From the human T2T-CHM13v2.0 reference genome, Homo sapiens, in assembly GCF_009914755.1 (NCBI RefSeq), contig NC_060935.1: 64,000 nucleotides of DNA. One strand, written 5' to 3'. Positions 32,471 to 46,069 of the stretch are shown one piece after another; position 1 is the stretch's first letter, and every line of letters begins with the position of its first letter. The notes under the pieces were generated by a model, which saw nothing but the letters and a program-made list of their open reading frames with translations, searched no databases and was not told the origin of the DNA. Position numbers and translations under genes: made by a program.

Positions 32471-34960
32471 ATAATATTACTCCTAATACCACAGTGCGTG
32501 TACACCCACCTATGATATTGTTCCCAATGTCCATGGAGGGAGAGAGCATGGTATTACTTTCAATATTGCCGTAGGTGTACACCCACCCGGTGATATTGAT
32601 CCGAATATCCAGAGGGTGGAGTATGACGTTACTCCCAATATAGCAGTGGGTGTACATCCACCCGGTGATATTGCTCCTAATGTTCGCGGAAGAAGAGAAT
32701 GATATTACTCCCAGTATCGCAGGGAGTGTACACCCGTTCTGTGATATTGTTCCTAATATCCGGAGGGGGAGAGGGTGATATTACTCCCAATGTCGCAGGC
32801 TATGCACACCCACCCTGTGATATTGTTGCTAATAATATCCAGGAAGGGAGAGGATGATATGATTCCCCATACAGCAGCAGCTGAACACCCACTCTGGGAT
32901 AGTATTCCTAATATCCATGGAAGGTAGAGGCTGATATTACTCCCAAAATCACAGGGGGTGTACATCCATTCTGTGATACTGTTTTTAATATTCAAAGGAG
33001 GAGAAGTTGATATTACTCCCAATATCACAGAAAGTGTACAAACCTGTGTGATATTATTCCTACTTCCAGAAGAAGAGAAGATGATATTACTCCCCATATC
33101 GCAGGAGGTGTACACCCATTCTGTGATATTTTTCCTAATATGCAGGGCGCGAGAGGATAATATTATTGTTAATAGCGCAGGATGTGTACAGCCCCCGGTG
33201 ATATTGTCCTTAATATTCCAAGGCGAAGAGGATATTACTGCCAATATCACAGAAAGTGTACACCACCCCAGTGATATTGTTCCCATGATCCAGTAGAGAA
33301 GAGGATGATATTACTTTCAGAATCACATGGGGTGGACACGCCCCCAGTGACACTGTTTTGAATTTCAACTTGGGAGAGGATGGTATTACTCCCAATATCA
33401 CAGGGGGTATAAACACTTCTTTGATATTGTTCCTAATATTCAGGGGTGGAGAGGATGTTATCAGTCCCTATATTGCAGAGGGTGTACACCAATCTGTGAT
33501 ATTGTTCATAATTTCTAGAGGGGGGATGATATTACTCACAATATCGTAAACACGCTGTGTGTCCACCGTGGGTCATGATATCCAGGGATGGAGAGGAGGG
33601 TGATATTACTCCCCATATCGCAGGGGTTGTCCACCCCGCCTGTCACACTGTTTCTTATATGCAGTGGGGAGAGGATGATATTACTACCAATATCAAAGAC
33701 GTGTACAGCCCCCTTGTGATATTGTTCCTAATATCCACGTTGGGAGAGGATGATATTACTCCAAATATCACAGAAGGTGTACACCCCGCTTGTGATATTA
33801 TTCCTACTATCCAGAATAAGAGAGAATGATATTACTCACAATAGTGCCGAGGTGTACACCCCCCTTGTGATATTTTTTCTAATATCCAGGGAGGGAGAGC
33901 ATGATATTAATAACTCCCAATATCGCTATGGGTGTACACCCACCCTGTGATATTGCTCCTAATATCCAGGGGGTAGAGTATGACATTACTCCCAGTGTAA
34001 CAGTGGGTGTACATCCACCCAGGGATATTGCTCCTAATATTCATGGAAGGAGAAAATGATATTACTCCCAATATCACAGGGAGTGTACGCCCCTTCTGTG
34101 ATATTGTTCCTAACATCTGGAGGGCGAGAGGATGATATTACAGCAATATCGCAGGCTGTGTACACCCACCCTATGATATTGTCCCTAATATCCAGGAAAA
34201 GAAATGATACGACTCCCCATATAGCAGGAGGTGTAAACCCACCCTGAGATATTGTTCCTAATATCCATGGAGGGAAAGAGCCCGATATTACTCCCAAAAT
34301 CTCAGGGGCTGTACATCCCCCCTGTGATATTTCTCTTAATATTCAAAGGCGGAGAGGATGATATTACTCTCAATCTCGAAGAAAGTGTACACTCCAGAGT
34401 GATATTGTTCCTAATATCCAGAAGGGGAGAAGATGATATTACTACTCATATCACAGAAGGTGTACACCCACTCTGTGATATTTTTCCTAATATGCAGGTT
34501 GGGGAGAGGATAATATTGCCAATATCGCAGAGAATGTACACCCGCCCTGTGACATTGCCCTTAATATTCAAAGGCGGAGAGGATGACATTACTCCCAATA
34601 TTGCAGAAAGTGTACGCTTCCCATTGATATTGGTCCCATGATCCAGGAGAAAAGAGGATGATATTACTTTCAATATCACAGGGTGTGTACACGCCCACAG
34701 TGATATCGTTCCTAATTTCAGAGTGGGAGAGGATGATACTACACCCAATGCCACTGGGGGTAGAAATACTCCTGTGACATTGTTGTTAATATCCAGGGGC
34801 AAGAGGATGCCGTTACTGCAAATAGTGCAGAGGATGTACACCCGTCTATGACATAGCTGGTAATCTCCAGAGGCGGAGAAGATATTACTCACAATAACAT
34901 AAACACGCTGTGTGTCCACCGTGGATCGTAATATCCTTGGGGGAGAGGCGGGGTGATTTA
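32470..34960. repeat. SATR1/SATR2-family satellite, ~75-bp unit
   Basis: Unit GATATTACTCCCAATATCGCAGGGGGTGTACACCCCCCTGTGATATTGTTCCTAATATCCAGGGGGAGAGGAT. Confidence 0.85.
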
Positions 34961-34989
34961 CTCCACTACTAGGATTTTACCTCTACTGC

Positions 34990-36797
34990 CACTCTTCGTT
35001 AACACCCTGGGACATTATTTTCCATATTCTAGGAGGATGGCAATACCAAAATCACAGGGGGTGTATACCCTGCTATATTATTCGTAATATTGTAGGGGAA
35101 TGTTCATCCTGATGTCACAGGACTGTACACACTGTGATATTATTCACAATACCCTAGTGGGACATTAATAATAATGTCACAGTGTGTGTACACCTTGTGG
35201 TATTATTCGTAATATCCTAAGGGGAGGTTACCTTTATTGTCACACGGGGTGTGTTCCCTTTGATATTATTTGTAATGTCCCAGAGGGATGTTTCTCCTTG
35301 TGTCACAGGGTTTGTCCACCTTATCAAATTACTTGTATAATCCTTACAAGATGTTACTCCCTATATCACAGGGGGTGTACACTCTGTGATATTATCGTAA
35401 TATTCTAGGGAAATGTTACTTTTAATGTTGCAGAGGGTGTACACCTTGTGAAATTATTCGTTATAGTTTTGTGGGATGTTACTCCTAATGTCACACGGGG
35501 TGTACACACAGTGTAATATTCTACGGAAATGTTACTCGTAAATCACAGGTCCTGTACACACTTTAATATTCCTCATAATTTTCTAGGAAAACGTTACTCT
35601 GAATGTCACAGGGCATATACACCCTGTCATGAAATTCGTAATATCCTAGCGGGAGTTCACTACTAATTTCACAATGCATGTACGCCCTTTGATATTATTC
35701 GTATTATCGGAAAGAGATATTACTACTGATGTCCCAATGCATGTACATTCTCTGATATTATTCGTTATATCCTTGGGGGATGTTACTTCTAACGTCACAC
35801 GGGGTGTACTCCCTGTGTTATTTTTCATAATATCCTAGGGGAATTTTACTTTTAATGACACACGGGGTGTACACATTGTGATACTATTCATGTAATCTAG
35901 AAAGATATTACTCCTCAGGTCACAGGGGATGTACACCCAGTGATATTATTCGTACTATCCTAGGGGACGTTACTCCAAATGTCACAGAAGGTGTAAATGC
36001 TGTGATATTACTGGAAATGTGTCAGGGAAATGTACTCGTAATGTCAAAGGGCATGTACATCATGTGTGCACAGCCCCTGTGATGTTCTTTGTGAAATTCT
36101 CGAGGGATGTTAATCCTAATATTACATATGCTGTTAACTATGTGTGAACACCTTTGTGGTATTATTCCTAACATACTAGAAGGATGTAACTCCTCATATC
36201 ACATGGGGTATACGCCATGAGTGTACACATTCTGTGATATTATTCATAATATCTTAGGGAGATGCTCGTAATTTTACAATTATTCACGTAATATTTTGGC
36301 GGGATGATACTCCTAAAGTCACAGGAGGTGTAAACCCTGTGATATTATTCAGAATATTCCAGGGGGATGTTACTCCTAATGTCACAGGTGTGTATACCCT
36401 GTGATATTATTCACACTTTACTCGTGCGATATTACTACTAATGTCACAATGTGTGTACACCTTCTGATATTATTCATAATATCCTGGGAGGATGTTACTC
36501 CTAAAGTCACAAGGGTGTACACCCTGTGATATTATTAGTAATATTCCTGAGGGATTTTAATTTTAAAATCACATGGAGTGTCAACCCTGTGATCTCATTC
36601 GTAATATCCAAGGAAGATGTTACTCCTAATGTCACATGGGGTCTACACCCTGGGATATTATTTGGAATATCCTAAAGGGATGTTATCTTAATGTCATAGG
36701 GTGTGTACACCTATTGATACTATTTGTAATATCCTAAGGAGATATTACTTTAAAAATCACAGTGGGTGTACATCGTGTGTGTACACCCTGTGATAGT
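34990..36797. repeat. SATR1/SATR2-family satellite, ~62-64-bp unit
   Basis: Unit GATGTTACTCCTAATGTCACAGGGGTGTACACCCTGTGATATTATTCGTAATATCCTAGGGG; related to, and co-oriented with, the preceding block. Confidence 0.85.
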
Positions 36798-39700
36798 ATA
36801 CACAGAAATCATGGGATTCTCTCCTTTTTGGCTGTTTGTTTTGGTCTTTTCTTCTCATTGTGGGTGCACATGCACACTGGATGTTTTTATTAATTAGATT
36901 AAGTGATGCCGGATATTTCTGTTTGATGGAGGGATTGACTCATTCAGCCACATGATCAAGTGAGAAAGAGATATCATATTTTATTGTATCTTTTTAAAAA
37001 GTATTATCCATACAGTCATATATTGGGGAAAAACATTTCTCATCAAATTATAAAACAATGCAGAGATAAGCATGTATGTATTGCTAGAATTAAACTCTGT
37101 TTAATCAAGGAGTTTTAGATAAACTGGATAGAAAATCGTTTACATAGTAAAAATAGATATGAGGGAAAAGTGTCATTTGATAAAATGGGGGAAATGTAAT
37201 AGATGATTACCAGAAATACAAAATTAAGCCGTATATGCTCTTAAGTAAATCAAATCCAGACGTCCTTCAAATGTAAAAAAAGGATGCAACAAGAGTAAGG
37301 AGCCCAGAATGATGCAAATTAAAGGAATTGGGGGAGGTGATGTTTATAACAAGCAAAGAGAATGCAATGGGAAGCAAAATTATTTTAGGCAAATTCTCCT
37401 GGAGTGGACCAGACAGCCCTCTCTTCCACTCTCAGTTCCAAAGTATCCCTCATGTGGGTATTTCTTTTATTTTTCCTTTGAGAACTGCACTTGGTGTTTA
37501 GTTCAACCTCATGCGGACCTCATGGAATTTCCAAGACGTGGGGCCTTGGCATTGTGGCACCTTCCTGCCACACGTACATAATTCACAGCATTACCAAGCC
37601 ACCACGAGCTCCATGCTCACCTCTGTCAGCCCAGGACCCAGCCAGGCAGTGTCACATGGTCTCCCAGGCATGCCTTTCCAAGCCGGCTATCCCTGCTGTG
37701 AAAGTTCTGAAGGCACTGGTCCAGGGAGCTGAGCCCTGGGCCTGTCCTAAAGCTCCACAGGTGACTGCACTGCAGCCCACATGGAGAGCTGCAACTCTAA
37801 CACAGGGATTTTGAGAGGCCTCAGTCGCCTTGAAGTGGCACTTCCAGGACACCCATCCTGAGCTCTCACAAATGGCTCCACCTTCCCAAGAATGTCTAAT
37901 TGTCATCGGAACAGCCAGTGTCTGGCAGCTTCGGTCGGGCTGATGTGGCATCTGACCCTTGGTGGGTTGCCAGACATTCCTTCCTGTTTCCGCCATGGGA
38001 AGTTGGCACTGGTAACGGTATGGAGCCCCCACTTCTACCCTAAGCCTTGGGTGTCTGCTGCTTCCAGGTCAAAAAAGGAAATTTCTGGTCCTGACCAGCC
38101 ACTATCACACTGTAACCGATGCTCATAGTCTCCAGGGATGTGTTGAACAGCAATGGCAGGACAGAAAACAACTGGCGATTTCCCCAGGTCCCAAGCTGTT
38201 CCAGAGTGGGCATGTTGGGTCCCTGTCCCCAATGTGTTCCAGCCTTACCCAGGTGCACAGAGTACCCTGGGACCAGCACAGGGCTTGTCAAGTAATGCTC
38301 CTGGTGTCCACAAAACAGCTCCAGAGATACCTGCATTTTGAAAAGCCTGCCTAGCCAGCAAGTATGGGGCAGGACCCAGATTGCTTTGGCAAATCTGAAG
38401 GTGAGCTGGCCACTTGCCTGGTGAGTAGAAGCTGCCTTTACCTGGCCAGTGTATGCAACTTGAGAGAAAATGACAACTTCACAGGGGGGTTCTGGTGGGA
38501 CTGGGAAGCCTGACCTCCCCCGGAGCTTTGGTATGGCCCCAGTGGAAAGACTGGATTTTGAAAACCCACCAGACCCAACTGAAAGAAAGGTCATCCCTGA
38601 TTGGATCCCAGACTCTCCTTGGTCTCTCTGGACTCACTCTAGACGTGGCTTGCCTGTGGGCAGCCGTTCCCTTTGGCCCATGAGGCAGGTCCAGGTGGCT
38701 TCTGCAGCTATGTGCCTGGCTACTGGCCCAGCACTTCTCATTTTTGCCATGTGGAAGCAGATTTGCTGGTAGAGGAAATTTCTAAGTCAAAGGAAGTGTC
38801 ACCAAGCCTCTTTCCTTGACCTGTGGCAAGCCCATGCTCTTGGTTTCTTATTCTCTTTGGAGTGGGCAGCAGAGGGGACAAGCAGGCCTGCAGCCAGGCT
38901 CAGGGAGTGTGGCAGGGCAGGGAGAAAAGTCTAGATGATGGGGAACTGGAGCCACCTTGAGGGGGGTGTCCTGGGGTCAGTGTCGGGGTAATCAGATGAG
39001 ACACTTTATACTTAAGCAACATTATTATGTTCAATTATTTTGGGTAAGGGATTCCTCAGGGGAGGTGTGGTCATCTGGTCCCAGAGGTGGAGTGAAATGC
39101 CCACTCATCTTTCTGAGCCATTTGGAAGCCCTTTCTTCTAGCCGCAGGTACTGGTGACACAGGCTCCTCGGTCTCAGGAGGTGCACAGGGCTGGGGGGGA
39201 TGCAGGATTCTTGTCACTTACCCACTCGGCACTATTGGGCATCGGGCATTCAGAGGTCTCACAGTGGCCTCTCTAAAAACCTGGTGTCCTAGGAGAACAT
39301 TGATTATTTTTGTCTACTTTTGTTTCTTTGAACTGCTGCATTCACTCACTGAGGGCTCGCCCTCCCTACACCCCTCATGTTGTTCAGGAAGGAAGGGACT
39401 GATGAGCATGGGCACCCTTCTCCTCTCCTGTCAGTTGCCACCACACTATCCCCACTGGCTTTATCATCACATTCTCCCACCCCTGTTGCCTCATCTCTTC
39501 TTCCTCATTCACCCTTCCTTCCTTTGCCTGTTTTCTTCTCCCAGTTGGTGAAGTTCTTTATCATCCCTGGCACCACCTACCCTGAGGTCTACCAAGGACA
39601 GAAAAGCAGGGGCCTCTGTGAGGCAATGTGGTGTTATCATGGTGGGACCTCCAGGCCCCCAGAGTGAGTGAACAGCAGGCCTGCCAGCATCTGTGCTGAT

Positions 39701-42465
39701 GGCTAAGAATTCATACACCACCGTGCCCCTCCCACCCCCTCCTCTTTGCTCAGAAGGGAGACCAGGTTTGCTCTCTTGCAATGACAGCCCAGCCCCTGCT
39801 GTGCACAGGGATGGGGCTCAGGGTCCCTCCCTGCATCCTGATGTTAATTAACTGTAGATAGTGAATTTCAAGTTGACAGCTACCTTCTCGGGGATTTATA
39901 TACAAATAGAGTTAAAGGAAAAGCTAAAGTCTATTTTACTACTTTTTCGTGTTTGTGAAAATTAAGCTTAAACTGGACAGAATAAATATTTCTCAGACAA
40001 TGTCGATGCTACTGGTTACAAGTGAGATGAGTGGAGCTCGTCCCTTGGTGGAGAATTTTTTTGGTGATTGGAGATTGGGGACTCTGGCAGCAGAAATGGC
40101 TTTGCGGTGTGTGTGAAGTCTGTCCCTCGGAGAGCCTCTCGTGGATATGAAAGCATGTATCAACACCAGTGAAATTGACCTCCATGTGCGTGGAGGTGGC
40201 TGATGAGAACACAAAGGAGCCAGTCCTGGCACTTCCCTCCAGAACCGGTCACTCCTGGTCTGACGTTGGGGCATGTGAATTAAGAGTGACAATATTTTCT
40301 ACTTGCTTCTGTGAATAAAGTGTTCTACAGTCAGCCAGCACTAATCTCACTAGAAAGGAGGAGGGAAAAGTGTGGAGCCAATCATCTAGAATTACCTCAG
40401 TGTGCAGAGGCTGTCCATTGGCTGCACTTGGGGAAAGCAGTGTGAAACATTCTGTGCCTCTTTCTTCTGGAGCTCCTCCTGACAGTCTCCTGGCAACACT
40501 AGACACCTCAAGACTATGGAGATCAGAATTTCAATACATTTGTCATCTCTGCATTGACCACTCCTGAGACCCGAGGCTTCTCCTGGGAGCAGGAGACAGG
40601 GAGTTCATGATGTTCATTGGAAAAGAGGATTTATGAATGCAGGAGGGCCGTGCTGGACCCCTCTGCCTTCTTCTCTCCCTGCTGTCAGCAGTGACCAGGT
40701 CTCTGGTGTGGAGGCGAGTCTATTGTGGGTGAAACAGAAGCCCCTGGTGTAAGGCCAGACCCCAGGCCTGAAAAGGTGCAAAGCCTGCTGTTTCAGGCTG
40801 TCAGGAAGAATCGTGGGTACAAAGTGAATATGATGAAATGCATCCCAGAGAGGAAATAAATGTGCCCTCACTAAGAAGTGGGTCTGGCTGCCAGGTCTCT
40901 GGCAGCCCACCTGCAAGAGGACTACATCCCCTGCAGCCCTGCCATCCACACTACATGATGTGGGGAGTCTGTCTCTTCACTCTTACCCTGGGGAACCAAG
41001 CCTGCTTTGAGGAGTGAGTCACAGCCCTGATGTGTGCCTTGCATTACTCTTTCCCCAGGTGTGCCCAGAGACTCAAGCTTGCTCATTTCTGTCCTGACAC
41101 ATCTCGCTGGTCCTGCGGTGGTCAGAGTCCTCCTGTTCTGTGTCAGCTCCTAGACATCATTAATCTTTCACGTGATAAAGTTTGAGAACTTTTCTCTTTT
41201 ACAGTATTTGGGGAAATCCTAACACACTCCCCAGGGATTGGCGCAGGTCCCTCTGGCTCTCATGGTGGGTAATTCTATGGATTCTGTACCTGGCAGTCAG
41301 CACTCCTCCTTGGAAGCTCCCGGGGTCCCTGTTTCTGTGGGCCTGGTCCTTGGTTTCTACCCCAGTGCTTTTTGCTGGGACCTGCCTAGAACTGCCTGGA
41401 GGGCCATGGTCTAGGGAAGGACAGGTGGAACCCTGACCACAGAAGATCCTTCTAAAACAAAAAAAGTCACCTTGATGATGACGACTGCAGTGGGGTGAAT
41501 GCCATCGCAGCGGGCATGCTGGGAGCCGCCAAGGGCTTACCGCAAAAGCAGTTCTTCCCAAGGCACCCTTTGCATCTTCCCCTCCTCACCTCTCAGTGCA
41601 TTTGGAACTTGCTTATGCGTTAGAATGACTTAAATCAACTGCTCGTTTCAGTGCCCCTGCACTCACAGGTTCCTTCATTAACATTTTAAATAAGTGGCTA
41701 AAAAAACTCCTCTGGAGGTTGTGTTTGAAAGCAGGAAAAAGAAAAACACACACTACCTGAAATGATTTTACTAATTTTTGAGTGACTCAGTTGAAAGTCA
41801 GTGTTGCATACACAATTTCCTCATGCTGAGCCAGCTTGAAATAAGACTTGATAAAAGGCACGGCCCTCAGTAGCAGGTGGTGCCACTGTGGACAGTGTAC
41901 ACTATGGTGTGAGGGTACGCACAGGCGAGCGTAAGTGTGTTTACTCATACACAAGGATAAACCAAAAGGACACCGGGCTTCGTGCTGGCAAAGGTTATGA
42001 TGCTGCTGTAGCTTATTATGGGACCCGGGCAGTGTCAGATGGGAAATGCTTTGATGGCATGTTGTTCAATGTATATAATGGGGTCTCCCATGGCCCAAGG
42101 ACCCACTGTGAGCACTCCACCCACTGTGGTGGAGAACACGACTGGAGTCATCACAGCCCAGGTCTTTATTGAAAGGCAGTGTTGACCCAGAAGGCTCGTG
42201 TAGAACCCATTTGGCCAGGTCTGGACCATCTCTCTCCATCTGACCTGCCTTGGCTGCACAGAGGGACCCAGACCCAAAAGGCCCAGACTCAAGAGGAAAC
42301 TGAATGACGTTTACCATTACACCAGCTTTCATTTATTTTTTCCATATGATCATAAGAACTGTATTACTAAGTATGCTTATAAATGCTCTTTACAGTCTGT
42401 TCCCTTTTATTAGATGAAAGATTAATAAATAACAAAAAATTCCCTGTAGTAAAACCATGCCTGAG

Positions 42466-42800
<335 letters not shown>

Positions 42801-44212
42801 TCAGCCAGCCATGCCTGATGGGCACTGTGTGGTCATCACTTCAGCAGGTTGACACTCACCTGGAGGTCATGAAATCTGTCCATTAGTCCAGTGATGGGTT
42901 GAGCACTGAGCTCTGAGCTCACACACTGGGGCATGTGCCACTGCTCTGACTCACTCCTTTAAAGAGGAAAATACAATTGAGCTTTCTAATAGCAAATATT
43001 TCATCACAGGATTTAAAAACAAATAATCATTCAAGGGAAATTCATCTTTAAAACCCTTTCCTGATGTAGCAGTCCCAAATCATAGGGATTACGAACTTCA
43101 GCCACTGAGCCTAGACTGACTGATGTATCCTACCAATAAGCTATGTACATAAACTCATGTCTTCCCACTTCTCAGAACCATGAAATCAATCATTCCTCCC
43201 TTTCTTTCATTTATTTTTATTGTTTCTTAACAATACTAGAAGCCAAATTCATTATTTTCTTAAACCTCTTTTGTTCATTATATGACTTCCTAAAACACCC
43301 GAAGAAAGTTTATTATTCATCATTTCTTCAATATACACCCTTTGATGTTGGACAACCTATATGGTAGTCATTGGAATTTACAGTGATTCACAGATAATTT
43401 TTTGCAGTATTAAGTTTTTAAATTAGTCTTTAGTACCAAACTTCCCTACTCCATAGCCTGACCACTCTCTCTGAGCAGTAATCAATGCTGCATTGTACCC
43501 TCAGGATTGGAAGCCATGAGAAAAAACCTTCCTCTAATCCTAACCAAGATGATTTCCACTCAAGTGGTAAGTGGACACATTGGTAGCATGTCTGTCTGAG
43601 GCTGAATCTGAGGGAAAAGGCCTAATACTTACTATTCACTGGTTGGTTTTCCTGCTCTTCTCGTTTAGCTTTCTTTGGTTTTCTTGAATTTTTGCCCCCA
43701 AAGATCTCATTTGCTTCATTATCTTCTCCTATAAAAGAACAATGAATTTGAACATCAGAGAAACACATTGCTTTGGGTGTCAGACCCCCAGTGATAAAGA
43801 AATCAAGGGATGAGATATGAAGGAGATCTGGGAAGATCTCAGACTGTAGAACCAAAACATGGAATGCAACCAGTTTAATAGGAAAATCATAAGCAGAACT
43901 AATTTACAGATAATGTGGCATCTTGCATCAGAATTGGAATCTAATTACACCGTGCCTTGCTAATTCCAGCATATTTTATTCTATTATTTCCAGTGTTGGT
44001 AGATAGGTTTCTTATATAGAAGGCTTTTGAACTTGTAGTTTAGATGGCCAGAAACTCTTTCTGAGATTGAGCTCCTTACGGTGCCTTGAACATTAAACTA
44101 AACAGTCAAATTATTATAATGATTATTAACTTCATCACTCCCTCAGTGAAATGCAAGTTCCAGGAAGGAAGATATTCTCACAGATTCCATTTAAATTTCT
44201 GTCATTGATACC

Positions 44213-44483
44213 TAGGCACTACTCACACCTGTAATCCCAGCACTTTGGGATGCCAAGGCTGGTAGATCAGGTTGGAGACAAGCCTGGCCAATATGGGGAA
44301 ACCCTGTCTCTACTAAAAACACAAAAATCAGCCAGGAGTGGTGGCACATACCTGTAATCCCAGAAACTTAGGAGACTGGGCAGGAGAATTGCTTGAACAC
44401 TGAAGTTGCAGTCAGCTGAGAATGAGCCACTGCTCTTCAGTCTGGGCAATAAAGCAAGAAGATAGAAAGAAAGAAAGAGAAAA

Positions 44484-44560
<77 letters not shown>

Positions 44561-44596
44561 AAAAAGAAAAGAAAAAAGAAAAGAAAAGAAAAGAAA
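44213..44596 (+). mobile_element. Diverged Alu with (GA)n/(GAAA)n microsatellite tail
   Basis: CACACCTGTAATCCCAGCACTTTGGGA…; the tail spans 44460-44596. Confidence 0.85.
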
Positions 44597-45419
44597 CATC
44601 AGTTTTGTTGAGTTTTGTCTTTACGGCAAAAAACTTCAGGTTTAAGAGTATGAAATTAGGACCAATTTATACCATTAGATGATGGGTCCCGAATACTCTG
44701 AAAACCATTCTTAATGCTCATTGTGATTGAATTAGAAAAGATTGATTCAGTACAAAAGTAAAAAAGTGATTGGTTTAGGAAATGGTATTTAACTGCAATT
44801 TTACCCTCATTGTTTCATTTAGATGTCATAATTTTCTCCTTTAAAGTATTTTGAAAAATCTCAATCACAATCCACCACTGCAAAATGATTTCTAAATAAC
44901 CATTATTTATTTACTGAACATTGTGAGATTTGATCAGATTTCACCCAGAAATGCTGAAGAGGCATTTAGTATACTCTAAAACAATATTATCCTCAAATTA
45001 TTCAACACATTACCTAAGTTGTATATTATAGAATATTCTGTCTTGTGCATATATTTATGTGCCAACTTTAGAACAGAGGGTATTACATTTGTGTACAACA
45101 TACAAAATAAAATATTCTCAATAAAATTTAGGATATACAACAAGTATGAAATTGCAAGATATCTGAAAACTATTTTCTGTGTTCTCAGAATACATAGGAA
45201 CAACTAAGGAATACATAAATGATACAAGTAAAATTAATCTTCACTGTATTTCACAAGTATGTAGGAAGACAGGATGACAAAATAAGAGTAAAAATGTTTT
45301 TACTAAGTAAGCAAATGACATCACTTACAGAAACAAGCTCAGTTTGTTGGAAAATTAAACATAGTGTAGTCTGTTTTGGATTGGAAAAGTAGCAGGAACT
45401 CCTCCTCTGTTAGTTGTGT

Positions 45420-45720
45420 TCTCACCCTAGAAATATACTTATGGTCTCACTGAAACTTGCTGTAGAAGTAATACTATAAAGTCTGATCAGGGATCAGGGC
45501 CTCACCATATAGTGGTAGTAGCTTTCAGACATCTTCACAGCCAGTTCCAAAGCCACTCTGTGTGTCCCAGAAAAGAATGAGCTTGGCTACTTGTACCTCT
45601 TTTTATTGAATCTCTGAAAAATCACACCCATTTCAAACAGGTTGTACAGTTCTTGGAGTTTGGGATAGCCATTAGGGTTCTTGATTAGGTTTCACCAGAA
45701 GAGAGGAAATGATTGATTCA
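45420..45720 (-). promoter_or_regulatory. Orphan diverged homolog of the TRIM48/TRIM51 promoter plus non-coding exon 1
   Basis: Collinear similarity blocks to 58511-58825 (ctcaccc; gatcagggcctcac; ctttcagacatcttcac; atgagcttggctacttgtac; gaatctctgaa; tgattaggttt; tgattgattca). Minus-strand donor G|GTGAGA at 45426/45425. Confidence 0.6.
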
Positions 45721-46069
45721 ACACCTTGGCTAATCTCCATAAACAAACTTTAAACTTCCACTTATCAAGAACCACTGAGTTTACAACAAATGAAGCCTCA
45801 AATACCAAATTTGTAGATAATTTTTGGAGTCTTTTAATATTTTACTCATCAAAAGATGAGAAAGAGGATACCATCAATTTATGATTTTAATAAATGTCTT
45901 CAAAAGTCTGGAATAGTTTTTCTTTTTCTTTTTTCTTTTTTTTCTTATGTTTTTGGAAATGTTACCTGAAGTTGGCTTTAATTCTAATATTCACTGAACT
46001 AGACTGGAAAGGCACTTTGCTGTTGCTTTTGAAGCTTGATTTCAGGTTTTAAAGTATTATTGTCAATTT

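Noticed and set aside
32406-36797. CRISPR-like array or repeat-protein ORFs
   Set aside because: The palindromic units are separated by homologous, not unique, spacers; there are no cas genes and the context is human. The ORFs are satellite translations.
38035-39667. Ankyrin-like (ANKRD33B-type) pseudogene suggested by FFDLEAADTQG and CYHG peptides
   Set aside because: Only 4-6-residue matches, on opposite strands; not supportable without a database search.
45328-45352. Plus-strand ACAAGCTCAGTTT match to the TRIM48 TSS region, suggesting a second promoter
   Set aside because: A short isolated match without collinear flanking similarity.
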